Shown here piece by piece: positions 47,700-56,958 of a stretch of 64,000 nt of DNA. The translations under genes were made by a program, and so were the position numbers. Origin of the DNA: Desulfosudaceae bacterium (GTDB lineage: Bacteria > Desulfobacterota > Desulfobacteria > Desulfobacterales > Desulfosudaceae); assembly GCA_963674745.2 (NCBI GenBank), contig CAXXDV010000001.1, positions 2,272,001 through 2,336,000 of the forward strand, written 5' to 3'. The notes beneath the pieces are model-generated. The model did no database searches and was not told the origin of the DNA. It was given only the letters and a program-made list of their open reading frames with translations. How positions within the stretch are numbered: position 1 is the stretch's first letter; every line of letters begins with the position of its first letter.

Positions 47700-49604
47700 A
47701 TGGCCGGGAAAGGACCCCAAAAAAATATGGCGGATGGTAATACCGGTTTGAAAAAAATCGCCATCGGTTTGGCGGGGTTTTCCCTGATTGCCTGCCACTG
47801 GCTGATTTTTTCCAGATTTTTCCCCATTTTGGGGGGGGGGCTGGGGCATGATTTCACCCTGGGACTGCCACAGCTGTTGTCCGGATATTTTTGGTTTCGA
47901 AATAATGGCCTTTCGTCGGTTTTCTGGTTTTCGCCTTTTATCTGTGGCGGTGTGCCGGCATTTGCCCATCCCATTCATTTTTTTTATTCCATGCCACAAT
48001 TTCTGACCTTTCTGGTGGACCCTTTTTCAGCCGTCATGCTGAATTTTATCCTGTTCGCGACCGTCGGCTTCTGGGGGCATTATTTTCTCGTGCGCCGGGT
48101 GTTCGCCACGACGGCTTATACGGCATTACTTTGCGCCACTTTGTTTCTTTTTAACGGTTTTTATGTTTACCGGTATATTATCGGACATTTTCTTTTTCAT
48201 TCCTTTATGCTGACTCCCTGGTGCGTGTTACTGCTGGTGGATCCCGTCTTGACGACAGGAGGGGGGCGAGTTGGAAAGAACGTGGGTGCCTGTACGATAA
48301 CGGCTTTGATGATCAGTTATATGGTTCATTCCACGCTGCAGAACCTGATGCCGCCTGTTATGCTGAGTATTGTTGCGGCCAGCCTGGTCAGTGGTCTTGC
48401 CCTTGGTCGGCAATTTTCAACAAAAGCCTGGGCGGCACGGTTTTTTTGTGCCTGTACGCTGGCCCTGGGTATATCAGCGGCCAAATTGAGCGCGCTTTAT
48501 CATTTTTTAAGCCATGTACCCAGGACAGGTTATATGTTGCCTCAGTTTACCAGCCTGCCCGATCTTCTTTATGTTCTGTTTCAGTCGCTTTTTTTCAGGC
48601 CGGCCTGGGAAAGGGCGCGACAATCCATGACCCATATGCAGTTTACATTGAAACGTCATGAGTTTGAGTTCGGGCTGACGTTTGTGCCACTGCTCATTCT
48701 GGGCGTTGGCGTAATTTATTTCCTGCTGTTGTTAAGGAAGGGTGACCGACGGCGGTTGTTTTTGAAAAGTATAAACGCCAGGACCCTGTCGCTTGTAACG
48801 GTCTTGTTGCTGTTGCTGGCTCTGCCGATTGTCTTGAATTATTACACGCCCGCCTGGAACCGGTTTTTAAAAACGGTTCCCATCATCGGCAGCAGCACAC
48901 AATGCACGCGCTGGTTTTGTATATATATTCCGATCATCACAATCCTGACGGCCATAGCCGCCTGCAAAACACCTTTTTTCAGGCGGTTTCCGAAATCGGT
49001 GGCGCTGGTCGGTATTTCTGCCGTTTTGTTCGTCAATTTGAGCACGGAGAAATCCTACTATCTTCAGGAAACATATTCGCCATTCCCGATTATGGCCATG
49101 TATTACAAAGTCAAAAAGGGGCAGTGGGAACCTGTCATAACCGATATCGGTGTCTGTACTGATAAATACGGCCGTCCTGTAACCCCTGTTTACCGGAATG
49201 ACAGTCTCGTTTTCGGACAGTCTCAACTGCTATGCTATGATTCCGCATTCGGGTATCGGCTGGAAAATATACCGGTAAAACAATTGTCCCCCGGGCCGGT
49301 ACTCAAGGAAACAGACGGGTTTTTGAATATCAAGAATCCGGCCTGTTATGTGTTTCCGGAAAACAATAATTGTGAGCCGGGAGATCATTTCAGAGTTTCG
49401 GAAAAGGAAAAAGCCCTGGCCTTCACGCATTACCGGCCATACGATTTCGAAATGCCGGTTATCCAGAAGATCGCCAACCGGATAAGTTTCGGCAGTCTGT
49501 TGATATCCGGTATTCTTTTGGCCTGGGTGGTGGTCGCTACAGGCGTTTCTTCCTGGCGACAAAGAACTGGGTCCACAGCAGAAAATCAAGCCTGGTGCCG
49601 GTGA
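47700..49604 (+). CDS. polytopic membrane protein (GT-C/YfhO-like)
   Basis: More than 10 TMs; GHD...WFSPFICGGVP loop; glycosylation context. Confidence 0.65.
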   Translation: MAGKGPQKNMADGNTGLKKIAIGLAGFSLIACHWLIFSRFFPILGGGLGHDFTLGLPQLLSGYFWFRNNGLSSVFWFSPFICGGVPAFAHPIHFFYSMPQFLTFLVDPFSAVMLNFILFATVGFWGHYFLVRRVFATTAYTALLCATLFLFNGFYVYRYIIGHFLFHSFMLTPWCVLLLVDPVLTTGGGRVGKNVGACTITALMISYMVHSTLQNLMPPVMLSIVAASLVSGLALGRQFSTKAWAARFFCACTLALGISAAKLSALYHFLSHVPRTGYMLPQFTSLPDLLYVLFQSLFFRPAWERARQSMTHMQFTLKRHEFEFGLTFVPLLILGVGVIYFLLLLRKGDRRRLFLKSINARTLSLVTVLLLLLALPIVLNYYTPAWNRFLKTVPIIGSSTQCTRWFCIYIPIITILTAIAACKTPFFRRFPKSVALVGISAVLFVNLSTEKSYYLQETYSPFPIMAMYYKVKKGQWEPVITDIGVCTDKYGRPVTPVYRNDSLVFGQSQLLCYDSAFGYRLENIPVKQLSPGPVLKETDGFLNIKNPACYVFPENNNCEPGDHFRVSEKEKALAFTHYRPYDFEMPVIQKIANRISFGSLLISGILLAWVVVATGVSSWRQRTGSTAENQAWCR

Positions 49605-50328
49605 GGCCGTTGTTCAAGCGAGCCAACATCTTTTGCGGCCACCTGGCGGGTATTTCCGCCAGGCCTGGAAGATAAAGGCCCGATTTATGTGTTTCTAAGA
49701 TGGTAAATCCGCTCTGGGCCAGCTTGCTTTCGAGTTTGCGGTTGGCAACGAGGTTGATATGGCCTGTCGGCAGTACCGGCTCCCTGTAAATTTTTTTCGT
49801 AAACGGTATGACCGGACGGCGCAGAAAGATACCGGCTGTCAGCTCCAACAGGCTGAATGGCTGGGGGGTTGAAAGGATCAAGATGCCGCCCGGCTTTAAA
49901 ATACGGTATATCTCGTTCAGGCAGGCCGTCTCATCCTGAATGTGTTCCAGCACTTCGGAGCAGACAATCAATCCGGCCGCATCGCCCCGGATGGGCAGCG
50001 ACCTGGCATTTCCGGCCATATATTGCGTATTCCCCTTTTCTATCGGTACTTCTTTTAGATAACGCAGGAAGGCCGGCTCAATATCCACGCTGATAACGGA
50101 ACGAAAATGCAGGGAGAGTATCGGCAGTAAAACGCCGGATCCGGTACCAAGATCAACGGCCGGCCCACAGGGCACCACCGAAACATAACGGGTGACGGCC
50201 GCGTTTAACCATTGCAGTCGGCTGTTATGCAGCCATCTGCGGGTCGGGTTGCGAGAATCATACAGGCCGCGCTGCAGACGAAGGGCGTCATTAATCCGGC
50301 TATGGCCGCGATGTTTCGTTTTTTTCAT
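49537..50328 (-). CDS. class I SAM-dependent methyltransferase
   Basis: DLGTGSG, SEVLEH, LKPGG. Confidence 0.9.
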   Translation of the reverse strand: MKKTKHRGHSRINDALRLQRGLYDSRNPTRRWLHNSRLQWLNAAVTRYVSVVPCGPAVDLGTGSGVLLPILSLHFRSVISVDIEPAFLRYLKEVPIEKGNTQYMAGNARSLPIRGDAAGLIVCSEVLEHIQDETACLNEIYRILKPGGILILSTPQPFSLLELTAGIFLRRPVIPFTKKIYREPVLPTGHINLVANRKLESKLAQSGFTILETHKSGLYLPGLAEIPARWPQKMLARLNNGLTGTRLDFLLWTQFFVARKKRL

Positions 50329-50677
50329 CAGGTGTTATGGCTTTGCGGACGACAAAAAGCGGCGGGTCCTGCATATCGGCGTCGATAACAACCACGGCAT
50401 CCCCAACGCCTTTTTCCAGGCCGGCGAATACAGCCGTGTCTTTTCCAAAACGCCTTGACAGGGAGGCAAGGGCGGTGTCGGTTCGGTTGCGATAGATGCC
50501 GAGCAGGACATCCCAGCTGTTGTCCGTACTGCCGTCACCAATAAAAATAAATTCATGTTTGAATTTTTCAAAAGTAAGCGCCTGGTCAAGGGCTTTTGCC
50601 AGTTCGGGCAGAATATCGGCTTCATTATAAACCGGTATCACGATGGACAGGATTTTGTCTTTAAGGCCTATTTTCAT
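50300..50677 (-). pseudogene. truncated GT2 (GtrB-like) glycosyltransferase
   Basis: VIPVYNE, DGSTD, DADMQDPP, then ends at 125 aa without the C-terminal half or TMs. Confidence 0.7.
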
Positions 50678-52451
50678 GGGGGTTGCTGTTTAGTGTAATG
50701 TTAATCCGATATATTTCATAAAGTTTTTTTTCAAGATCAAAAGAGGCGGTTAACAAGCGAGCCTGGCTATGGGAACTGAAAATAATCGGTTGGGCCATTT
50801 CCGGGAAGAAGTTGCCAGTGATTTTCTGCGTTGTTTCGTTTAATGCTAATAGTGATTCCAATTGGTTGTCCGTCTTGATGAGATAGGCCAATGTTTTTCC
50901 ATCAGGGCTGAATATGGGACGGGAAATTGATTCTAGAAGCACCGGCTGCTGTTTGATCTCATATGTTGCTTCTTTGTTGTTCACAACCATTATCAGCTTA
51001 TTGTTATCCATAGCCCGATATGCAAGTTTTTTGGAGTCCGGGCTGAAAACCGGCAACCCCATGGCATCATAAGCCTTTTGGGGTTTTCCGTCTGTTATCA
51101 TGTACCATTTCCCCCGGTTTTGGGCCGGATAAGCGAGCTTTTGTGAATCCGGGCTGAAAATCGGTCTTCCGACGACACCAAAAGGTTTCCCCGCCCGCCC
51201 GTTTTTTACCATGAGCCATTTCCCTTCAGCCATTGCCCGATAAATGAGTGTTTTTGAGTCCGGGCTGAAAACCGGTTCATCAATCATATCATATGCATTA
51301 CCAATTGTCCCGTCATGTATCATTTTCATTTTAACACCAGCAGGTGTCCGGATTACGGCCAAATAGGCATAATGCCGCGAATCCGGACTGAATACCACCA
51401 TGCCGACTCGATCAAAAAGCGGTCCGGTTTTTTTGCCGATGACATTCCGGAACTTTTCCCCTTCAATCCTGGAAAAGGCCATTTGAGACGCGTCCGGGCT
51501 GAAAATCGGCGGTATCAGATGCGGGGCATTAGTGGCAGTGCTGTCCTGAAAAAAGATATTCTGAGGCACAAAATCACCGGCTGGGATTTTGTCGTTGTTG
51601 TCAATTACCCAGAACTTTTTATCTTTGATTGCGATATGGGCGAGATGGACGGAGTCGGAACTCCATGTTAAACCTGCGGCTTTGTCATAAGGTCCTTTTT
51701 TAAAACCATCATGGATAACATACCAGGCGTTGTTTTGTGATACAGAATAGGCTGTTTTTTTTGCGTCAGGACTGAAAGAGATCTCTTTTATGCTGTCAAA
51801 CAACTCGCTTTCTTTTCCGTTGATTATAATCCGGGCGCCTTTTTCCGACTTGTTCCGTGTCAGATATATGATGGACTGGGCGTCCGGGCTGAACACAACA
51901 CCTGTTACCTGGTCGATCATGTCGTATGGCTTCAGCCGGTTACCATTGAGCACCACAAACTGTTTGTTTTTGTCCTGTGCGATAAATACGGCATGCTCAC
52001 CGCTGGGGCTGAATCGCAGGCAGCAGGCACCATCATAACCGATCGATTCTTTACCATCTATTACTACGAAATATTTACCATCCTTGTCGGCGATGTAGCC
52101 GAAACGGTTTCTGGCAGGTGAAAAAATCGGATAGCCTCTGGCGATATGGTCATATACTTTTTCCGCCTTACTATTTATTATCACCCCCATGCCTTTTTCG
52201 CGGGCAACTACATAGGCAATATCGTGCATGTCGGGACTGAAAATTAAAGAGTCCGAATATACCAATGTCCTTTTGGGTTGTTTCGTGAGGAGTTCTGCCT
52301 CAACCAATGGGGTGGCGGGCGATGCAAAGGGCTGTACTCCCGGCAGGCAGACTGAAAACAGGCAGAATATGCACAGCAGGACGGGACGTAAACCGTGTGG
52401 TATGTCATTCCACCAGCCGTTGCCTTCTGATTTAATGTCTTTTTTTATCAT
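50661..52451 (-). CDS. PD40/TolB-like beta-propeller repeat protein
   Basis: About 10 P.FSPDS..LAY repeats; signal-like N-terminus. Confidence 0.82.
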   Translation of the reverse strand: MIKKDIKSEGNGWWNDIPHGLRPVLLCIFCLFSVCLPGVQPFASPATPLVEAELLTKQPKRTLVYSDSLIFSPDMHDIAYVVAREKGMGVIINSKAEKVYDHIARGYPIFSPARNRFGYIADKDGKYFVVIDGKESIGYDGACCLRFSPSGEHAVFIAQDKNKQFVVLNGNRLKPYDMIDQVTGVVFSPDAQSIIYLTRNKSEKGARIIINGKESELFDSIKEISFSPDAKKTAYSVSQNNAWYVIHDGFKKGPYDKAAGLTWSSDSVHLAHIAIKDKKFWVIDNNDKIPAGDFVPQNIFFQDSTATNAPHLIPPIFSPDASQMAFSRIEGEKFRNVIGKKTGPLFDRVGMVVFSPDSRHYAYLAVIRTPAGVKMKMIHDGTIGNAYDMIDEPVFSPDSKTLIYRAMAEGKWLMVKNGRAGKPFGVVGRPIFSPDSQKLAYPAQNRGKWYMITDGKPQKAYDAMGLPVFSPDSKKLAYRAMDNNKLIMVVNNKEATYEIKQQPVLLESISRPIFSPDGKTLAYLIKTDNQLESLLALNETTQKITGNFFPEMAQPIIFSSHSQARLLTASFDLEKKLYEIYRINITLNSNPHENRP

Positions 52452-52476
52452 GGGCGTGTTTGAATAGATGAAGTTC

Positions 52477-53160
52477 TTAATCGTTCATGGTGTAGCATTC
52501 CCTGATGCTTTCCGTGAGGGTCTGGCTCATATAGTCGGCAATGTTACGGTCATAAACGGCAGTATGTTCAAACGTTTTTTGGGCCATTAAATAGCGGGTA
52601 TTAAGAGAAATTTTTCCTTCTGTGCGTGTCATTTCGTCCAGAACGGTGGTGTAGTCATCGGGATTGACCACCGGTGTGACCCGGATAAAATTCTTTGCTG
52701 CCGCCCGCAGCATACAGGGGCCGCCGATATCGATGTTGCCCCGGGCCTGCTCGGGTGTGACATCCGGTTGCGCAATGGTACGGGCAAAGGGGTAGAGGTT
52801 CACCACTACCATATCGATGGTGATGGCGCCGGTACGTGCCATATCTCGGATGTGGTCAGCGTTGTATGTTTCCGTAAGCAGACCAAGATAGATTTTAAAA
52901 TCAAGGGTTTTTACCAGGCCGCCCTGCGTCTCCGGTTGCCCGGTATAGTCTGCGACCTGGGTCAGTCGCGATTCGGATTTTTCCCCCAAAAATTTTTGAA
53001 TGGCTGAAAATGTACCCCCGGTGGAAAGAATATTAATGTTCGGATTGATATTGATAAGGCCTGATACAAAACCATCCAATCCGGTTTTGTCTGAAACACT
53101 GACCAGCAGATTGTTGATTGGAATCAGGTCGTCTATACGGCTGACAACGTTAATGCTCAT
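52477..53160 (-). CDS. purH: stand-alone IMP cyclohydrolase domain (N-terminal half of PurH)
   Basis: SVSDKTG, STGGT, VKTL, VNLYPF, IDIGGP, AAKN; only 227 aa. Confidence 0.85.
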   Translation of the reverse strand: MSINVVSRIDDLIPINNLLVSVSDKTGLDGFVSGLININPNINILSTGGTFSAIQKFLGEKSESRLTQVADYTGQPETQGGLVKTLDFKIYLGLLTETYNADHIRDMARTGAITIDMVVVNLYPFARTIAQPDVTPEQARGNIDIGGPCMLRAAAKNFIRVTPVVNPDDYTTVLDEMTRTEGKISLNTRYLMAQKTFEHTAVYDRNIADYMSQTLTESIRECYTMND

Positions 53161-53483
53161 GGTCGTTTACCTCCATAGTTTCGTACTTAGTAAGGATGAT
53201 ATGCGTTCCTGTGATTCTTTTCTGATGTTACCGCAAAAGCATGGTTGACTGCGAGCTGTTTTTTTAATATCAGACTATTCCTGCCGATTTTTACTATTTT
53301 GTACTGTTAAATAGGACAGTGTCTAATTATTTAGGACAAACTATCGGTTTTTTATCGTGCCTGTTAAACGGTACAGGACAAATCTTAATTTTCATGGGCT
53401 AAGTTACGCCTCTGGGTTTAATTTTGTGAAATTATTTCAGCATTTTATTTTTTTATTAACAAAACGGGGTTTTTACCATTCAT

Positions 53484-53499
53484 TGGCCCGGTAATTGCT
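53484..53499 (+). promoter_or_regulatory. sigma54 (-24/-12) promoter
   Basis: TGGCCCGGTAATTGCT, GG-N10-GC. Confidence 0.65.
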
Positions 53500-53509
53500 T
53501 TAGATATTC

Positions 53510-53752
53510 GAAAGATTACCTGCCCAGCCAGGTATGAGAAAATTAATAAAGAGGTGTTAATTAAGTTATTCAGGAAGCCTGTTAGCCGCGTTTGCCTGCC
53601 GCCAAGGCTTCCTTATTGTACGGTGTGTCTGATTCGTTCATCAGCATCTCCCCAGGTGCTACCGGCACCCCCCCCTCCTCCAGCCGGGTGAGTGAATCAG
53701 GCCACCTACACTTTATAAGCTGTTGCGTATTCCGATACGCAACAGCTTTTTT
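53510..53752 (+). ncRNA. putative structured small RNA with C-rich loops
   Basis: Lies between a sigma54 promoter and a +strand terminator; hairpin plus three-way junction whose G-U pairs favour the + strand. Confidence 0.6.
53717..53752 (+). terminator. intrinsic terminator
   Basis: AAGCTGTTGCGTAT-TCCG-ATACGCAACAGCTT followed by a T-tract. Confidence 0.85.
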
Positions 53753-53803
53753 GTTTTATGGCTTCGTAAAAAGTCCAAAACAACCCCTTGAATCCTTTTG
53801 TAA

Positions 53804-54445
53804 TTAAGCTTTGCCTTCGTATTCAGTCAGGAAGCGGCTGAAAAATCGTTCCATGAATTCGTGACGGGCCTGGGCCATTTCCCGGCCGCTTGCCGTCAGC
53901 ATTCTGTCTTTGACCCAGCGGAGCTTGACCCGGTATTCCCGGTAGCCGGTATCGTTTTCCGAATATGACGGAACCCGCTCCACGTTGATATCCGGATTGT
54001 GCAGGCAGGCGCCCAGTTCCCCGGCGAAAAGGTAGGCTCTGGCAATGCCGATGGCGCCGATGGCATCCAGTTTATCGGCGTCGAATACGACCTTCGCTTC
54101 CGGGGTTTCAGGTTCAGGCGGTTTCCGAAAACGATGCGAGGCAATGCAGTGAACAATGTTGTTTTTTCGGGCCTCAGAAAAAGGGAATTTCTCCAGTATG
54201 GCCTGGGCCATCTGGGCCCCTTTTTGAGCATGGCATATGGAACCATTGGCACTGTCCTGGTAGCAGCGGCCGATGTCGTGCAACAAGGCCCCGGCCACCG
54301 CTACTTCCAGATCAACCCCTTCGAGAGCGCCAAGGGTTTTTGTCAGGTTCACGACACGTCTTGTGTGTTCCCAATCGTGGCTGCCCCGACCGGCCAGAAA
54401 ATTTTTTTTGGCGATTTCGGCAATGGCCGATTCATGTTTTGTCAT
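53804..54445 (-). CDS. HD-domain phosphohydrolase
   Basis: H...LLHD...DADKLDAIGAIG. Confidence 0.9.
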   Translation of the reverse strand: MTKHESAIAEIAKKNFLAGRGSHDWEHTRRVVNLTKTLGALEGVDLEVAVAGALLHDIGRCYQDSANGSICHAQKGAQMAQAILEKFPFSEARKNNIVHCIASHRFRKPPEPETPEAKVVFDADKLDAIGAIGIARAYLFAGELGACLHNPDINVERVPSYSENDTGYREYRVKLRWVKDRMLTASGREMAQARHEFMERFFSRFLTEYEGKA

Positions 54446-55370
54446 GGGCCGTAAGTGACCGGAAATACGTGGCGTCGTTTTTTTCTATCGCTTCCAAATG
54501 GTTTTCTGAAAGCAGATTCGGGATCTGTTTTTGAATTTTTTCCATCGGCACTCTCAGGCCTGCGGCCATATCTTCTATTGTTACCGGTCGACGCGCCGCC
54601 ATTTCCAGGATAGCCGGCACAATATCAAGGCTGGAATCGTCGGATACGGTGGAAAAAACAGTGTCCCGTTGCCGATTCATCCCCAATACGTCATAAAAAT
54701 AGTCGATCATGTCTTCACCGGCCTGCTTGGCTTCAGCCTCCGGAGCCGGTCGGACCGTAGTGTTGATATAAATGTCCGTCGGGGTGATTTTATCCACCAG
54801 GGGTTTGAAACGGGCGGCATCTTCTGTTGAGGCGTTAACGCCGTCCATGATTAATATTTCCAGCCATAAGCGACCGGAGAAACAGTCCGCGAATTCAGCC
54901 AGACCTTCAAACATCCGGTCAAACCCGATATCCTTGTGCGGCCGGTTGATGGTCTCAAACAACCCCGGGTTATGGGCATCGAGTGACGGCACCACGATAT
55001 CGGCTGCCATCAGCGCTTCGCGGACAGCTGCTTCTGACAGTAGCGAACTGTTGGTCAGTACAGCTACCGGTAATTCCGTCCGTTTTTTTATGCCTCGAAT
55101 TACGGCCCCGAGGTTACTGTTGAGGGTGGGCTCGCCGGATCCCGCAATGGTGATGCAGTCGGCCTTTACGCCCCGGTCCAGGGTTTGCTCAAGTTGCGAA
55201 AAAACTTCCGCGGTGTCTCTGTACGGGCGTCTTTTTGTCGTTTTTGCGGTTGTCCTGCCCAGCTGACAATAGATACAGTCATAAGTGCAGATCTTGGCCG
55301 GAAGCAGATCAATACCCAGAGAGCGCCCCAGCCGCCTGGACGGAACAGGCCCATAGATACAGGTCTTCAT
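54432..55370 (-). CDS. radical SAM protein
   Basis: GPVPSRRLGRSLG, CTYDCIYC, GEPTL. Confidence 0.9.
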   Translation of the reverse strand: MKTCIYGPVPSRRLGRSLGIDLLPAKICTYDCIYCQLGRTTAKTTKRRPYRDTAEVFSQLEQTLDRGVKADCITIAGSGEPTLNSNLGAVIRGIKKRTELPVAVLTNSSLLSEAAVREALMAADIVVPSLDAHNPGLFETINRPHKDIGFDRMFEGLAEFADCFSGRLWLEILIMDGVNASTEDAARFKPLVDKITPTDIYINTTVRPAPEAEAKQAGEDMIDYFYDVLGMNRQRDTVFSTVSDDSSLDIVPAILEMAARRPVTIEDMAAGLRVPMEKIQKQIPNLLSENHLEAIEKNDATYFRSLTAHDKT

Positions 55371-55378
55371 AGGCTACC

Positions 55379-55795
55379 TTACTTTAAGGCCGACTGGTAA
55401 GCTTCATCAATACGGGCCTGTACATAATTTACCAGCGCGTCATCTTTTTCTTCAATATCAAAACAATGACCGTCTTCTCCGAGCAGGCCGCCGGGAATAA
55501 GATCTCCCAGCTCATCCGGGTCGGTGATCATCTCTCCGTAAAAACAGACCGACAGCCACCGGTTTTGCGGGTCATCATCAATAACGTCCACCATGACGAA
55601 AAGTTCTCTGTCCTGGCCAGGTGTTGCCGCCCGCAGTGAATAGCTGACGCCCGGGCGGGCTTTGAATGCCAGCAGCGCCTGCTCTTTTCCTTCCAGATGT
55701 TGTTTCATGCTGTCGAAAACACCACGCGTACCGCTGGGTGTCTCCTGCCAGGAATTAATAAATTCGGCTAACGCTTTTTGTTCGGTTTCATCCAT
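55379..55795 (-). CDS. hypothetical protein
   Basis: GAGGAG RBS; operon with rsmA. Confidence 0.75.
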   Translation of the reverse strand: MDETEQKALAEFINSWQETPSGTRGVFDSMKQHLEGKEQALLAFKARPGVSYSLRAATPGQDRELFVMVDVIDDDPQNRWLSVCFYGEMITDPDELGDLIPGGLLGEDGHCFDIEEKDDALVNYVQARIDEAYQSALK

Positions 55796-55815
55796 TATGA
55801 CTTCTCCTCGTTCGT

Positions 55816-56676
55816 TTATCGGGTTCTATCCCTGGTCAGTTCTTTATAATATTTGCATATATCAAGATAATCGGGTGCGTCAAGGACTTCCGCTCGATCA
55901 TTTCCGTTAATACCGGACTGCCGCAGGATCTGTTCCCAGACCGAAGCAGGGATTTCCGGCTTCCCGGTGGTCAATGCGTTTTTGATGGTTTTCCGCCTTT
56001 TGGCAAAAGCGATTTTGATGATTTCAAAGAGCAGGTCATCCTCGCAGTCACCGTTTTTTATGGGTTGATTAAAACGGATGGCAACCACGGCTGAAGCGAC
56101 TTTCGGTTTTGGGAAAAACAGGTCTTTTTTAACCCGCATCACTGATTTGACGGTGGCGCAATAACGCAGCATAACCGATAGGCGGCCGTAAGTTTTATTG
56201 CCCGGCAGGGCGGTGATACGGTCGGCCAGCTCCTGTTGAAACATGAGTACGGCTCGATCAATGTATCGGCGGGACCGGATAAGGCGGACAAGGATCTGAG
56301 AGGAGATATAGTAAGGCAGATTTCCAAGAACCACCAGTCGCTGTCCCGTTTTCTCATAGAGTCGGGCCAGATCCACGTCCATGAAACTGCGGTTGATGAT
56401 GGTGATATTATCAAGATCGTTTTCCTGTGTCATCTCGGTCAGCAGGCCAACCAGCCGCCGGTCTGTTTCAATGGCAAAAACCGTTGCCGCCGTGCGGGCC
56501 GCCGCAAATGTCAGGGCACCTGTGCCTGACCCGATTTCGACCACGGTGTCAGACGGGTTTATGCAGGCGTGACGTACAATCGCCTCGGCTGCCTGAGGGT
56601 CACAGAGAAAATTCTGCCCCAGACTCTGTTTGGGGCGGATATCCCGGCTGGCCAGAAGGGCTCTGGGTGATGCCAT
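55816..56676 (-). CDS. rsmA: 16S rRNA dimethyltransferase
   Basis: LGQNFL, EIGSG, NLPY, YGRLSV. Confidence 0.95.
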   Translation of the reverse strand: MASPRALLASRDIRPKQSLGQNFLCDPQAAEAIVRHACINPSDTVVEIGSGTGALTFAAARTAATVFAIETDRRLVGLLTEMTQENDLDNITIINRSFMDVDLARLYEKTGQRLVVLGNLPYYISSQILVRLIRSRRYIDRAVLMFQQELADRITALPGNKTYGRLSVMLRYCATVKSVMRVKKDLFFPKPKVASAVVAIRFNQPIKNGDCEDDLLFEIIKIAFAKRRKTIKNALTTGKPEIPASVWEQILRQSGINGNDRAEVLDAPDYLDICKYYKELTRDRTR

Positions 56677-56838
56677 GATGTGCTTACCTTGTCTCTACAG
56701 GGGCCCGAATCTTAGTAGCAGCCCGGTGTCTCGCCAAATTTGAAAAGGCGCAATCTTACGCCATTTCATCCTTGACGAGACTCTAGCATGTTTGCGGCGG
56801 CCTTTCAATCGGGGCAATTTCGTCTGACTATTTAAAAC

Positions 56839-56891
56839 TTGACAATTATCGGCCGGGTAAGATAACATACATTTTTTTGAACAAACGTTCA
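56839..56891 (+). promoter_or_regulatory. promoter plus palindromic operator upstream of the acyl-CoA dehydrogenase
   Basis: TTGACA-18-TAACAT; TGAAC-N4-GTTCA at 56878-56891. Confidence 0.5.
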
Positions 56892-56958
56892 GTTTTTGTT
56901 TTTCTTTTTAAATACAAACAATTAAGGAAAAAAGCAAAATCAAAAGGAGGATGGTATT

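Noticed and set aside
50900..52250. Recurrent GTCCGGGCTGAAAA DNA repeat
   Set aside because: Explained by FSPD coding repeats of the beta-propeller protein.
53510..53535. ZMP/ZTP riboswitch for purH (CTGGGCA on the minus strand)
   Set aside because: The rest of the aptamer is absent, it is ~350 nt from purH, and the structure favours the + strand.
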